Shown here one piece after another: positions 48,101 to 63,297 of a stretch of 64,000 bases of DNA. Below the pieces are notes generated by a model. It did no database searches and was not told the DNA's origin. It worked only from the letters and a program-made list of their open reading frames with translations. The stretch comes from Octopus sinensis. Lineage: Eukaryota. Within the stretch, counting starts at the first letter, position 1, and each line of letters opens with the position of its first letter. The stretch lies in contig NC_043001.1 of NCBI RefSeq assembly GCF_006345805.1, forward strand, positions 26,474,001 to 26,538,000, in the 5' to 3' direction. The translations under genes and the position numbers were made by a program.

Positions 48101-51100
48101 ATCTCAAACTGAAGAATTTTTCTTATCTTACCAACTACTGACCTATGCCTTCCTTTCTAGCCTATCCTGGGTGAAGAAGACATAAAAAACAAACACAAAA
48201 TCTTTATCAATTTGATCCCTTTTTGTTCTTAGTAACTATCATTATGGTTTCCAAAGAATCAGATTTTCCAGTGATGTTGCAGTTGACATCAGCCAATGCC
48301 TTTAACGTTGGCAGGAGAATCTTTTTGATAAGTTGCTTACCATTGAACTTCATCCGTTTGCTGTCACACTCTCTCTTACCTCGCTACATTAAGTTTCTCA
48401 CACAAATTATTCCACACTTCACAAGCCAATGATGAAACCTCTACGTGGTTGCATGACTTGCAAGAAATAGCAACCAAATTTCCTTCAGTCCACATCCTAC
48501 CATCCTTTAAAAAGACATATTGTCCAGGTACAACTATTCCACAAGAAAAGCTGGTGTGTTCTTTGGAATGTTCTTTGAACATGGATCTATCTGCACTACA
48601 CAGAACTGATTGGAGGAAAAACAACAAAAACAGCTATAACAATATTCCATACTTCTCTGTCCTTTAATCTTTTCTCATATTAGTATCCTCCACATGCAAC
48701 CCAGACCCCATTTGCTAGATATGTATTAATTCTCTAATTAAAGACCTCTGATAACAATACGACAATACTTACTTGTTTCAACGGTACTTAAATGTCAATT
48801 GTTACACAGATAAAAAAAAAACAAAACACAATACTACAATCCCCCCCATCATGAACAATTCACTGATAAAGCTTTCAGACATGTTACAAATGCTAGCCCT
48901 CACAATATTTGATGATCTCCTATAGCAATTATACAGCTCTGACATTGCAAAAACTATATATACATCAAACGTGCTGATCAGTTGTTGGCTCTCAAAAAAA
49001 TTCAGTTAGAATCTTCATTCACATATCTAGGACAATGTAGCTTTGAGTCTCTATTTGCTGTCCGGCAATGTTTATTCAGATGCATTTTGTGATGTTGGGC
49101 ATGAAAATACCTTAAGCTAAGCCTGAAAGCAATGAAGTCATAAAAGAATGTTCCATTACTTGCAGTAAGCAACATTTATTAAATGTTATTACTCATGCGT
49201 TTGCACATAGATATGCAGTGAATGTACCCAAATGAACACCATCTAGCTAATTGGCAAAGCTTCACTGACTAACAAACTACAATCACTAGTTCACAGATGA
49301 AGCTTTTCCACTCACAATCCCTAATTTAGTGCACTGATCTCTTACACTGAGCATTTAACTAATCCTTAATTAACAAGTGTTACATGAGATAGCAGTACCA
49401 GCTTAGTATCCAGAATCTGAAAAAGACACAGAAAATTATTCCTAACATGAAGACAGTCTTCACTGGTCCCTCAGTATTCAAATAAATTACAGAACATTAC
49501 TTCTTTACTTTAACCCTTTCGTGACTGTATTTATTTTGAGATGCTCTGTGTTTCTTTCAATTACTTTAAATATAACAAAGAATTTAGTAAAATAACTTAG
49601 TTATCATTAAGCTAGTGTTAGGAACATAAATTGTAAATGAGGGTTGGTGGAAGATTTTAATTCAGAACATATGAAAACAAGACATTTGTACTCAGAGCCA
49701 GAGCCGGTTTCAGCCTGGTTGGTAACAAAAGGGTTAAATGTATTTGCTTTATACTAAAATGTTTTGGTATAAAATCAGGTTGATCGTATGTAGTTAACAT
49801 ATAGTGCTTTAAAGATATAAAATTTTCTTTTAACAAGACTGATTTGAATTTATTTTCAATTTATATAGGACGCTTGGAATTCATACTTGGAGGCTGGACC
49901 ATGAATGATGAAGCCGCAACACACTATAGTGCAATCATTGACCAACATACTCTTGGTTTTGAATTTCTATCAAAGACCTTTGGTGAATGTGGCCGGCCAA
50001 GAGTAGCCTGGCAGATTGACCCATTTGGTCACTCAAAAGAAATGGCATCTTTATTTGCTGGAGTAAGGAGTTAACTGGTTTCATTTGTTATAACTAATTA
50101 TATATGTGGTTGTTGTTGTTTAGCCCCAGTCCAGTCCTGACTGAGTGGACTTGTGATCAAAAGCAATCAAGTTGTGACCATCCCATCCTTTTTCAGGTAC
50201 TGTGTAGTTCAAACTACATTATCCAATAAGTTTTTTTTTTAAGATTGAAGGTATGATTTTTAAGGAGATTTGGTTGTCTTCTTGTCTTGTCTTGAGACAG
50301 TATTCAGCTGGGGTGGGTTGAGCTGGCTTCATTCATCCTCAATGCCAAATGAAGCCAGCTCAACCCACCCCGGGTGATTTTAAGGAGATTTGGTTGCTTC
50401 TCCTTGTAGGTCAAGTGATAAAATGGAAGTTCTTTTTTTGCTTTATTATATTTAATTTTGTAGGAAATCAGTATTTTAAGTGCTCCAAATGTATGTGAGC
50501 AGCTAAATGTTAATTTTAGAAGTTTAAATGTGAAGCAAGAAATTAGTCAAAAATTAGTGACAACTAAGCATGATTAAAGTGGTAAGAATCTTACATATCT
50601 GGAAATTGGTGAAAACCTAATGCCGCATAGATAGTGCAACTAAAAAAGTAAACAATTTCGTAATATATTCTATTGATGGGAAAACATCAGACAAGGATAC
50701 CTTTTAGAAAGAAAGCAATGGAATTTTATGTTCTGTTGTGATCATGTTGGCTTTTCAGACATTATATTCTTTTAATTCCAGGGAGAATATTTTATATAAC
50801 TCATTAAATGATTGTTTAAATTCAGCTATTGTGCTGCTGAGTAAATTTTCTATATTCAGTATGTATTTGTTCTATCAGTAATCTTCCTTGAAAACAAATA
50901 TTTTCATTATTTGCTACATATAATTCTTTACCAAGTGGGTGTTGGTGACATGTAAAAGGTACTGATCGATCGTGGCCGTTTGCCAGCCTCCTCTGGCTCC
51001 TGTACTGGTGGCACGTAAAAAGCACCCTCTACACTCACGGAGTGGTTAGCGTTAGGAAGGGCATCCAGCTATAGAAACACTGCCAGATCAGACTGGAGCC

Positions 51101-54100
51101 TGGCGCAGCCTCCTGGCTTCCCAGACCCCGGTCAAACCGTCCAACCCATGCTAGAATGGAAAACGGACGTTAAACGATGATGATGATGATGAGTCCATTA
51201 AAGACATCACTGAAAACTCCATCTTTATATTATGTACTTTGGTCAAGGAAGTTTAGCAGAGAGCAGTTTTCTCTAAGTTATTTCCACAGAAAGGGTTGGA
51301 ATAGCATTACAAACTTTGTAGAAACACTAGTCAGGTGCATCTACTTGGCTATTTAAATTGCTAGAAGTAGCAACTAAATCTCCCCTTAAATCACCCCTGG
51401 CTATCTTAAATAAGGAAAAGACACATTGGTTAATGTAGTTGTAGATATTCTAGAACAGCAAGGTGTTTATTGATGGATAGTCTTTCGTCATAAGTCTACT
51501 CAACCAGGGTTCACTTGGAGATAAGCAACAATTACTATAACAATAATGCTGTTTAGAGTGGTGAGATCTTATCTTGAATATATTTAGTACTTATTTATAG
51601 TTAAATGGTCCAGGACTACTTGATAGTTAAGTGGCTTTGTCACTGGCACTACAAAGTACTGGTGGCAGAATGCAGATTGCCAGTTTCTCATTTCCCACCT
51701 CTCTTTGTATTTATTGTTTGTCTGCAATATTAATTATTTATTTTGTTTTGTAGATGGGCTTTGATGGATTATTTTTTGGACGGGCTGACTACCAAGATAT
51801 AGTAAAACGTGTGCTTAATAAAGATATGGAAATGGTTTGGAAAGCAAACCAAAACATTGGTACGCTCTTATATCTTTCCTTGTTATTTTGAAACTTTTGT
51901 TAACATTTGAAATAAAAACTTAATTGATTTTCAAATTAAAATCTATTTTTAAGTGTTCTATAGACAAAGTTTTAATTTTTTACTTTAGAAACATTTTAAT
52001 ATTTAGGCCCAGGCATGGTCATGTGGATAAGAAGCTCGCTTTGCAACCTCATGGTTTTGGGTTCAGTCCCACTGTGCAGAACCTTTAGCAAGTGTCTTCT
52101 GCTATTACCTCAGGCTGACCAATGCCTTTGAATGAATTTGGTGGATGAAAACTACATGGACGCCTGTTATATATATATATACATGTATAAATGTACATAT
52201 ATGTGTCTTTGTCTCCCAGCACCATTTGTCAACTGGTGTTGGTTTATTTATATCCCTGTAACTTAGTGGTTCAACAAAAGAAATTGATTGCATAAAATAA
52301 GTACTGGGGTTGATTTGTTTGGTTAAATCCTTCAAGGTACTGTCCCAGCATGGCTTCAGTTTAATGAATGAAACAAATAAAAGATAAAAGATTTAAAATT
52401 GGAGTTTTGAATACATTATGCAATTCCACATTTAGAAAGCACTTTTCTTTTTCTTTTTTTTGCCTTTTATAATTCAAGATTTTCTAGAAACTTTAATGCA
52501 GGTACAACATTGATTTTTTTGGAGCCTTTAGTTCCAAAGCTTTTCTAGATTATGGGACCATTACCTTGGTCAACACACTCTAAATTAAACAAATATTAAA
52601 TTTAGTTAAATAATTAAATGAAATACAGATACCTGTATATTTATGTAGATTATAAGCGGTTCTAGACCATCAGTCTCTGGAAAATTAGTGTTGTACCTTT
52701 ATAGGTACAAATGAGTGTTGTACCTGTACCTGGCTTAGGTATATTTTGGAAAAACATATGTTCTCTGGCTCTAACATTGCGGCATTGGATGAAAACCTGA
52801 GTATCACCACCTGTAACACAGAGGAGTGGAAGATAAGCGAATATAGGATTCTGACCGGCCACTATCAGTTTGCGCTGGTTGCAATCAAGACCTTAGATCA
52901 GTGGTTCCCAACCTGTGGTCCGCAGACCCCTGGTGGTTTGCAAAGGTATTATTGGGGTTCTGTGAACATCTTAAGCTGACAGTTCTTTCAATATCCTGGA
53001 ATCCGTGGGAAAACTCATTTAAACAAAAGGGGTCCTTGATGGTGAAAAAGTTGGGGACTACTACCTTAGGTGTTCTTGGACCCTGCACTGCCAATTTCCT
53101 CTGCAAAACTGGGATAACTGTGGCCTATTTGAGAAACGAGCCTTGTAAGGAGGGGTGACTATTGCAGTGAGTGTTGCTAGCCATTCTCTGCGACAACATT
53201 TTTAGAATCATGTCTGTGAAGTGCAACTGAACATACCATTTGGTCTGGAGTGTACAACCTGTTACTCCCCACTTCTCATCTGTTGCTTACCCTCCCCATT
53301 TTTTTTTATTTTCCTTTGTTTCCTTGGTGAGGTAGTTCTGGGGTTCGTTTCTCTTGATTTGATTTTTTAAATACTTTTAATTATAGATTTTTTCTTTCTT
53401 TTCTTCTTGTAAAAATGTGTTGCTAAATAAAAATGTATTTTATATGTAAAAAATTAAAAAAATTATAAATTGAATTACTCTTTCCAATTTTTGATTTGGA
53501 AATGTAATTGTAGGTGAGGAAGCAGATTTATTCACTGGAATACTACTAAATGGCTATAATCCACCCCCTGGATTTTGTTTTGATGAACTGTGTCAGGATG
53601 ATCCCATTATGGTAAATCTTTTTGAAATAAATTTTTTTTCATTTTTCATTACCCTGTGCATGTAAGTAAAAGCAGGGTATTGTAGTCACTCATCTTCGTC
53701 TGTTTGTCTGTGTTTGCAAAATGACTGGAAAAAAGCTGAATGGATTTTCACCAAATTTGGCAGAAATATTCATTGGGTGAGAGGTTCAGAGTCATTAAAT
53801 TTTGGTTTGATTAACTTCAAAAGTGGTGGACAGGTGAATCAAAATGTTTTTTCTCTGTTACATATGCACAAACGATTAGCAGGAGAAATAACTCTTGATG
53901 TAATTTTGTTGAAATAATTACAGAGGTATCAAGTTGTTGGATCAGGTAATGAAGGTCACAGAGAGGGTCATAGCCCAACTAATTAGGGAGAGAGTCGGTT
54001 TAGATGAGATGCAGTTTGGGTTCGTACCAGGTTAAAGCACCACTGATGCTATATTTCTGGTAAGACAACTGCAGGAGAAATACCTAGCCAAAGATAAACC

Positions 54101-57100
54101 TCTGTACCTGGCTTTTGTTGACATGGAGAGAGCCTTTGACAGGGTCCCCCGTTCCCTTATCTGGTGGTCAATGAGGAAACTAGGAATAGATGAATGGTTA
54201 GTGAGAGCTGTGCAAGCCATGTACAGGGATGCTGTTAGTAAGGTGAGGGTTGGTGAAATCAAAATCAAATTCGATGACTGGCATCCGTGTTAGTGGAGCA
54301 CTAGGAGCACCATTTGAGCGTGATCGTTGCCAGAGCAGCTGACTGGCTTCCATGTTGGTTGGCATGTAAAAGCAACATTTGAAAGTGATTGTTACCAGCG
54401 TAGCCTTACAGGCACGTGAAAAAATACTCGAGCGAGGTCGTTGCCAATGCCATTGGACTGGCTCCGATTGGTAGGTAGCATGTAAAAGGCACGTAAGAAG
54501 CACCATTTGAGCGTGGCTGTTGTCAGTACCGCCTGACTGGCCCTCGTGCCGGTGGCACGTAAAAGCACCCACTACACCCTCAGAGTGGTTGGTGTTAGGA
54601 AGGGCATCCAGCTGTAGAAACTCTGCCAAATCAGATTGGAGTCTGGTGCAGCCATCTGGTTCGTCAGTCCTCAGTCAAATCATCCAGCCCATGCCAGCAT
54701 GGAAAGCGGACGTTAAACAATGATCATGATGATTAAGTCTGAGAATATATTTATTGAATTAAATTTTATTCTATCTTTGTATGCATGCAGGGTATGCATT
54801 ATCTCTCAATAATGCCTTTCTTTCATTTATAGAGCAATACTCATGATAGCCATATAACACAGTCTCGTGCTGGACATCAATGACAAAATACTAACAACAG
54901 TGTGTTCTTATGATGATAGTATTAAGTTAATTCTAGAGTTGATCATTGTGTGTGATTTATAATTGCTTATAAATATGTTTGACACTTTTTTTTTCAAAAA
55001 TTCTCTTGTTGACTGGAAAACTTATGACTTATAACAGTTATGTTATTTTGAATTATATTTAGATGGGGAGAACAGATGTTATATTTATGATCTACAAAAT
55101 ATCTGGAAATACATTTTTCTGCAGTTAATGTATTTTTATGTATTATATTGTCTTTTGATCTTTCATTTAAGGATGACCCACGACTCAAAGAGAACAACCT
55201 GAATGAAAAGCTGATTTTGTTCTCTACCTGGGTTATGATGAAGGTAAGATATGGTATTTCTTTTATGGATTAGAGGGGAGGTAAGGGCTGCAGCCATAAC
55301 CTTCACATGTCCTCTGAGATTAGTGAAAATGATGTGGTTTATGTTTAACTTGAACATCTGTAATGGAGAGGAAAGATGCAGGCAAGAAGGAAATTTCAGG
55401 ATTTGAATTCAGGATTGGGTACAGTGGTTAGTGGGGAGCCTGGATATTGTGACACAATTGGGGTGGGTAAGTGAATGTGTTGAGTGTGCCTGGGCAGAAA
55501 TGGTGATATACAACTAACTAGTTCGGAGGATGGTGATTAAATAGGCAGAAAGACGAGACAATACAGTAAAGGACCAGAGACTGTGTTGATGAGTGAGTTA
55601 ATGCTAATCAGTCACACAACCTTCTTTTGGGTGTAGTCTAGAATTGACATCTTTTGGATGTGGTTTATAGCAGCTGCAACTTTCCAAAAGGGCAGCAAGC
55701 TGGCAGAAGCGTTAGCACAGCGGGCGAAATGCTTTGTGGTATTTTGTCTGCCGTTATGTTCTGAGTTCAAATTCCGCTGAGGTTGACTTTACCTTTCATC
55801 CTTTCGGGGTTGATAAATTAAGTACCAGTTACGCACTGGGGTCAATGTAATCGACTTAATCGGTTTGTCTGTCCTCTCTGTGTTTAGCCCCTTGTGGGTA
55901 GTAAAGAAATAGGTATTTCATCCGCTGCTGCATTCTGAGTTCAAATTCTGCCGAGGTCGACTTTGTCTTTCATTCTTTTGGGGTTGATTAAATAAGTACC
56001 AGTTACGCACTGGGGTTGATGTAATCGACTTAATCCATGTGTCTGTTCTTGTTTGTCCCTTCTATGTTTAGCCCCTTGTGGGTAGTAAAGAAATAAAGAG
56101 TAGGAACAGTGCTCCTATTTGCACCTTATAGCTCAAACCTTCAGGTCAAGTACAAAATTGCTTGTTTGAGAGGAGCAGTGATTGTTTTTTGTGATGTTGA
56201 ATGAGCTTAGATTGATATATCTTCATTCAATGATGTTTTGAGATCTCCATTCATGAAGGCTGTGCAAATTTAGCTTGTGGTGTGTAAATTGTATGTGGAT
56301 AAGGCTTGGCGTGGCCGTGTGGTAAGTAGCTTGCTTACAAACCACTTATGGTTCTGGGTTCAGTCCCACTGCATGGCACCTTGGGCAAGTGTCTTCTACT
56401 ATAGCTTCAGGCTGACTAAAGCCTTGTGAGTGGATTTGGTAGACGGAAACTGAAAGAAGCCCGCCATATATATGTATATATATGTATGTGTGTGTATATG
56501 TTTGTGTGTCTGTGTTTGTCCCCCCAACATCGCTTGACAACCAATGCTGGTGTGTTTACGTCCCCGTAACTTAGTGGTTTGGCAAAAGAGACTGATAGAA
56601 TAAGTACTAGGCTAACAAAGAATAAGTCCTGGGATCGATTTGCTTGACTAAATGTGGTGCTCCAGCATGGCCACAGTCACATGGCTGAAACAAGTAAAAG
56701 AATAAAAGAATATGTTATTTATTTCACTCTGGTATTGCCATTTTAATGTTTTTCTTAAATAGTAAAACAGCAACACTTAATTTTTGAACATTTGAGAAGT
56801 TTTCTTTTTAAGTTTTGTCTTTAGTAAGTTTATCATTTTTTAATTATATTTGCTTAGTTAGAAATTTTGTACTTTTTTTTTCCATTATTTAACTTTGTTA
56901 TTTTCCCAACTGTTGTGAAATATTTCTGCCGTTCTGTTTATTATCTCGATATCTTATTTGTTTCTAACTCTCAAATTTCATTTATATATATAATTTTTTC
57001 TACTCTTATTTTTTTTAGTCTTTAACTCTGAGAACCAAACACATTATGCTAACAATGGGTTCGGACTTTCAGTACAGTAATGCCAACACTTGGTACAAGA

Positions 57101-60100
57101 ATCTAGACAAACTTATTAAGCACATCAATGCCAAAGTAAGTTGTACTTTTATATATATCTTTTTAATTCATACTTCTTTTTCAATGTGTTTATAGCTATT
57201 GCAGGTTCTTTGATGGAACAAAGAGTTATATTTTTGAAATATTTTTGAAAATTCTTTCCTACATATTTATCAAAAACATTTCTGCATCAATTTCTTCAAA
57301 TCTAGACAAGAGATTCTACTATGTACAAAATAATTTATTTTTATGTTCTGCCAGCAAATACTAACTTGGTTGGAAAAACAAAAAAGACAGTGTAGAGAAT
57401 TGCTGGGTGTTACTTATAGGCAAGCTGTTATGGAAGTGAACTAAGCAGAAAGCTACAGGTATATCCATACAAGAAAGAAGTGGACAGTTAGAGATTTTTC
57501 TTTCATTTTATGGTTTGATCAGGAAGAGAACACAATACTGATGACCTTCGCAGGTCTTCTTACCAAGACTTATGTGATTGATGTGACTGATGCAATTGAT
57601 GCTTACTTTGGATATCTATAAAATGATGTCTGCAAGAAAAAAAAATTTTGGAAAGGGAGTTTCCGAGGGGTAATATTCTAGGGAGGAAGGATTAATACAG
57701 TGCTGGGCGAGGTGTGGGTTAAGATGCATTATGGGTGATAACAGAAGAGACAAGTAGGTCTATGTGCATAGTAAACAATTATAGTAAACAATTATCCAAG
57801 CGTGATTGTTACCAGAGCGGCTATCTGGCCTCCGTGTCGGTGGCACGTAAGAAACACCATTTGAGCGTGATCGTTACTAGCATCGCCTTACTGGCATCCG
57901 CGCCGGTGGCATGTGTAAAAGATTCGAGCGAGGTCGTTGCCAGTGCCGCCTGACTGGCCCCATGCCAGTGACACGTAAAGGCACCCACTACACTCTCGGA
58001 GTGGTTGGCGTTAGGAAGGGCATCCAACTGTAGAAACTCTGGCAGGTCAGATTGGAGCCTGGTGCAGCCATCTGGTTTGCCAGCCCTCAGTCACACGTCC
58101 AACCCATGCTAGCATGGAAAGCGGACGTTAAACGATGATGATGATGAATTAGTTGAGTTTGAATAAGTACAGTGAAGGGACAACATATTTGTCACGTTTG
58201 TGGGTTAGTTGGTTGCAGTGAGTTGGTGAATGAGAAGTAGTCTTTGCCAATCAGTTTAATGGTTTTCTTTTGGATATAGTCTAGGATGTTTATGTATGTA
58301 GCAGCAGTAGCATTATCCCAGATGTAAGAACACTATTCCATTGTGAGCCATAATTGAGCTTTGCAGTGAATCATCATCAGCGTTTCAGAGTTAAAGTATC
58401 TGCAGTTGATCTTTAATATTAAGAGCATGAGGAATTTGGCCATGTTTCAGATGATGCTTTAGTGGTTTAGGATGAATCAAGATGTCTGTCAGAAATGATG
58501 TGAGCAAACCTGTCTTCAGTGACAATGAAATGAAAGGGATTAAAAGAAAAAAAAATGTTACTACAGGCTATTGTTGACTCTACTCTCTTAATGTAAACCA
58601 ATATAAAAGAGTGTTTTAAGTCTTAATTTTGTCTTAGTGGATTTGTCAAGCTCAAGATTATTAAAAAAAAGGTTCAAATCTCATGCTTTTTAGATATGCT
58701 GGCATATCAACTTTGTTTTTGATAGATTTTTCAAAATTAACCCCTTCTCTGGCAACTTTTTTTGGAGAAAACATTTGATTTTCAAACGAATTTTTTTTTA
58801 GCAGTTGAGCTTGCACTCTCATCTGATGTATCCAAGCTTCTAATAGAAGGTTCATACTCCTTGTCATCTTCTGAGCTTGACATCTGGGCATAATTTGTAA
58901 AAGAAAAGCAGATAAAAACTGAGAAATGCCAAGAATTGACGTATAAACTCATCTGTGTCTGTTTTTGAAATTATGTTTTGGATAAGTTTACTCATTGCTC
59001 TCCAAAAAAGACAAATTAGGTGAAGACAAGTTAACTTGTCTTTGCCAGGTAATGGGTTAAACTGCTGAGTTTTATGCCTTAATCCTTTCATTACCAACCT
59101 GGCTCAAATCTTCCACCAAACCTTAATCACAATTTATGTTCCTAACACTAGCTGAATGATAACTAAGTTATTTTACTAAATTCTTTGTTATATTTAAAGT
59201 AATTGAAAGAAACACAGAGCATCTCAAAATAAATACAGTAACGAAAGGGTTAATGTGGTGTCTAGTATAAATTTTGACAGAAAAAAGGTTTAGATAATTT
59301 CTACCACTTTGTTGGATGTAGGATAACCCGTATGAGTCAGAATTCTAAATAGTAATGAAATATTGGCTTTGAAACATGAGGTTCTACTGCAGCTGGGATA
59401 GAATAAGTTCAGTGTGATTGTTGTACATCATTGTCATGATCATCATCTCTTCTGCAACAACAAATACATTTTTCCATGCTGTTAGTAACTGAAGAAGCAA
59501 ATGTTTACTATAACATAAGTCCCTTAATTTTATATGCTTTATTCATTGTATTTTGCAGCAAGCAAAAGGCAGCAAATTGAATTTGATTTATTCTACCCCA
59601 TCATGCTACCTTTACCAACTAAACAGAGCGAATATTTCATGGCCTGTGAAAACAGACGATTTTTTTCCATATGCTGACCGACTTCATAGCTACTGGACAG
59701 GTTATTTTACCAGCAGGCCTGCAATTAAGCAGTTCATTCGTGAATCTAGCAATTTATTCCAAGTAAGTTTGTGTTGAAACAATGACAATTCAGTTCATTT
59801 TTGCTCTTTTTCAATGACAAGAAAATACATACTAAAAAAAAAAAAGAGAATTAATATTCAAAGTATGGTATTAATATGTGATTTCTATTAATAATCCTAT
59901 TTATTACGGTGGTGTGCTGGCAGAATCGTTAGCACGCCGGGCGAAATGCTTAGCAGTATTTCGTCTGCTGTTACATTCTGAGTTCAAATTCCGTCGAGGT
60001 TGACTTTGCCTTTCATCCTTTCAGGGTCGATTAAATAAGTACCAGTTATGCACTGGGGTCGATATAATCGACTTAATTCGTTTGTCCTTGTTTGTCCTCT

Positions 60101-63100
60101 CTGTGTTTAACCCCTTGTGGGTAGTAAAGAAACAGGTGTGCTGGCAGAGTTGATAAGTACGCTGAGAAAAATGCTAGGCGGCATTTTGTCTGTCTTTATA
60201 TTCTGAGTTCAAATTCTGCTGAGGTTGACTTTGTCTTTCATTCTGGTAGGGTTGATAAAATAAGTACCGGCTGAATGCTGGGGTCAATATAATTGAGTCT
60301 GTTTGAGAATTGGTCTTATGCCTGTGTGTATGTAGTTATGTGTTTACTTAGAAGAGAAGGTAAGGGTGGGAATAAATGAAGAGTGCGTGCGTGTGAGTGT
60401 GTGTGTGTGTACTCTTGCATGACTGCTTGTATGTTTGTGTGTGCATAAGCCAGTCATGACCTCTTTAAGTGTTTGGTCTTTTGTTCAAGGTCACTTCAGC
60501 CTCAGATCTGCTAGGGCTTTGTTACCTTGTAAAGATTTATGGGTGTAGGATGTAGTTACTTATGCGGGAGGGAGGAGGGAGAACAGGGTAGGTGTGTGTG
60601 AGCACCTGCATGCATATGTGAGTGGGTATCTGCACTTGCACATGCAAACTGTGTATTCATGTGGTTGAGCCAGTTCTGTGAGCGTGTATGTTCGTGTGTG
60701 TGTGTGTGTGAATGTTTGTATGTTTGTGTATGTGAGTGTATTCCAGTGTGTGTGTGAATGTTTGTATGTTTGCGTATGTGAGTGTATTCCAGTGTGTGTG
60801 TGTGTGTGTGTGGTGTGTGTGTGTGTGTGTGCATTTAGTGTGGTGTTTTTTTGAATATATGCATACTTGTAAGTGCACATTTCTGCATGCATATGTGTGT
60901 ATGCTTGCCTCTAGTGCCAAAACAGGTTCTATGTCCAGTCGGCTGTGCCACATTGCCAGCATCCAGACAGCTGCAGCCATTGTCCCATTCTGTATATCTG
61001 AACAATGAATAACTGTATTGATCTATCCATTGATCTTGACAATCTGTATGCCACAGGCCTGCTTGATCAGAGTTGACATGAGGTTAAAAAAAAAGGAAAG
61101 TCTTCATATCTATCTTATGTTAATGTCCAGCAGATACTATTTCATTACTCATGGCCATTGGTATATATATATTTTTCAAAATTAAGATAAACAAAGTTCT
61201 TTTTTAATCTAAAATATACTCTCCTTCATTTTCTACAATGCTCTTCCATATATCTGGTAGACTTGCAAGGCCCCTCTTCCAAAATTCACTTGTCCATAAT
61301 GAAAAATACTCCTCTAGTACTGTTCTGACCTTGTCTACAGAATTCATATTTTTTCCATCCAAATGATTTTGAAGACTGCAGAATGAATGATGATCAGATG
61401 GGGCAATGTCTGGTGAATGCGGTGGGTGGGGCATCATTTCCCATTCAAACTGTTCTGACCTTTGGAATGTCATCCTCGCTGTATGCGGCCGAGCATTATC
61501 CTGATGGAAGAACACCTTTTGTCTTGAAACCAAAGATGGTCGTTTTTCTTCTAGCACTGATTTAAGCCGCTCCAGCTGCTTGTAGGAGATCTCCTTTATT
61601 ATTGTTTGGTTTGGGTTTAAAAGTTCAAAGTAGACTAAATCTTTCATATCCCACCAAACAGATAACAACACCTTACGTGGGTGAAGAGCCTGGGGTGTCA
61701 GTGTTTCTCTTTTCCCTACCCACTGTTTTTGTCACTTGACACTTTTATAGAGAACCCATTTCTTGTCACCAGACACTATTCGGTCCAAAACAAAGGTTCA
61801 TTCATGAGATGTGACAGCAAAGAAGAGCACACATTCACCCTCTGCATGCGATTAGACTCAGAAAATTATTGAGGAACCCATTGACCCAATTTGCTGACTT
61901 TTCCGATGGTGCACAGGTGTCGATGAATGGTTGATTGACCAAATCCAAGTTTCTCTGCTAGTTCCTCAACAGTTACAATGGGATTTTGTTCCACCAAGTT
62001 TTGTAGGACGCATTTGTCGAGCTCTACTGATCTTCCAGGATGAGGCTCAGCTTCTAGGCTGTAGTTTCCGGCTCAGAATTCCTGGCACCACCATTGATCT
62101 TGGTTTATGCTTATTGTCCAATCCTCATATACTGCATTAATATTCCTCGCACTTTCCAATGTATTGTTGCCTTTATTGAACTCATAAAGCAAAATATGCC
62201 GCATATGCTCCTTTGTCACTTCCATTATAGCTTTGAAAAAATAACTGTTAAAATCGAACTGCGCTCTTCAAAACTTGCACTAAGAATAAGGGCAAGGTAA
62301 AATTACTACCTGCTTTTAAAGCAAGTTGATGCAGGTAGTTTATCTTGTCCCCCTCTGACTTTTAGTTCATGCAATTGAAAAAACTGAATTATTTATGGGA
62401 TGACCTAATATATCTTTTATCTTTTACTTGTTTTAGTTATTAAACTGTGGCCATGGTGGGTCACCACTTTGAAGAATTTTTAGTTGAGTGAATCGACTTC
62501 CACTACTTTTTTTTTTTTAGTTCTCATGCTTATTCTATTGTCACTTTTTGCTGAACCGCTAAGTTATGGGGATATAAACACTCCAACACCAGTTGTCATG
62601 CACAGACAGAGGGAGAATGCCTAGTTATATTTAATCCCACTGGGTTGAAAGTCAAAGTTAACTCCAGTTGAGTTTGAACACAGAATGTAGAAAAACAATC
62701 TAAATGTAATGTTCATAGGCACACCAGTAAAAATATAATCTGAAAATAACTAAAATAATTAACATTCTAAATCTGAAATAACTAAAATTATTATCAGAAA
62801 AATTTGACAGTAATTTTTGTTATTGCTTTTGCTTTGCAAATATTTTGACAGGTCAGCCGACATTTAGATGTGTTTGCTCAACTTCAGAACCACATAGATT
62901 TGTTTAGAGTGTGTAAGTAAAACTTTTATTTATTCATTTTTTTCACCCCTCTGTGTGGCACCTTGTGCAAACTCTGGGCCAATCGAAGCCATGAGTGGAT
63001 TTGGTAGATGGAAACTGAAAGAGTTTGTTGCAGAGTGGTTGATGTTAGGAAGGGCATCCAGCTGTAAAATCCCTTCCAAAACAGATACAGTAGCCTTGGG

Positions 63101-63202
63101 TAAATTTTCTACCTGGCTGGTTCCTGTCAACTGTCCTACCCATGCATGCATGGAAGATGGACGTTAAACAATGATGGTGATACATATATATATCTCATCA
63201 TC

Positions 63203-63297
<95 letters not shown>

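Noticed and set aside
54905-54960. Possible C/D-box snoRNA (atgatga)
   Set aside because: No D box (CTGA) or terminal stem at a suitable distance.
60556-61008. His/Thr- and Val/Cys-rich ORFs (also 25220-25644, 38889-39414)
   Set aside because: Translations of (CA)n/(CATA)n microsatellites.
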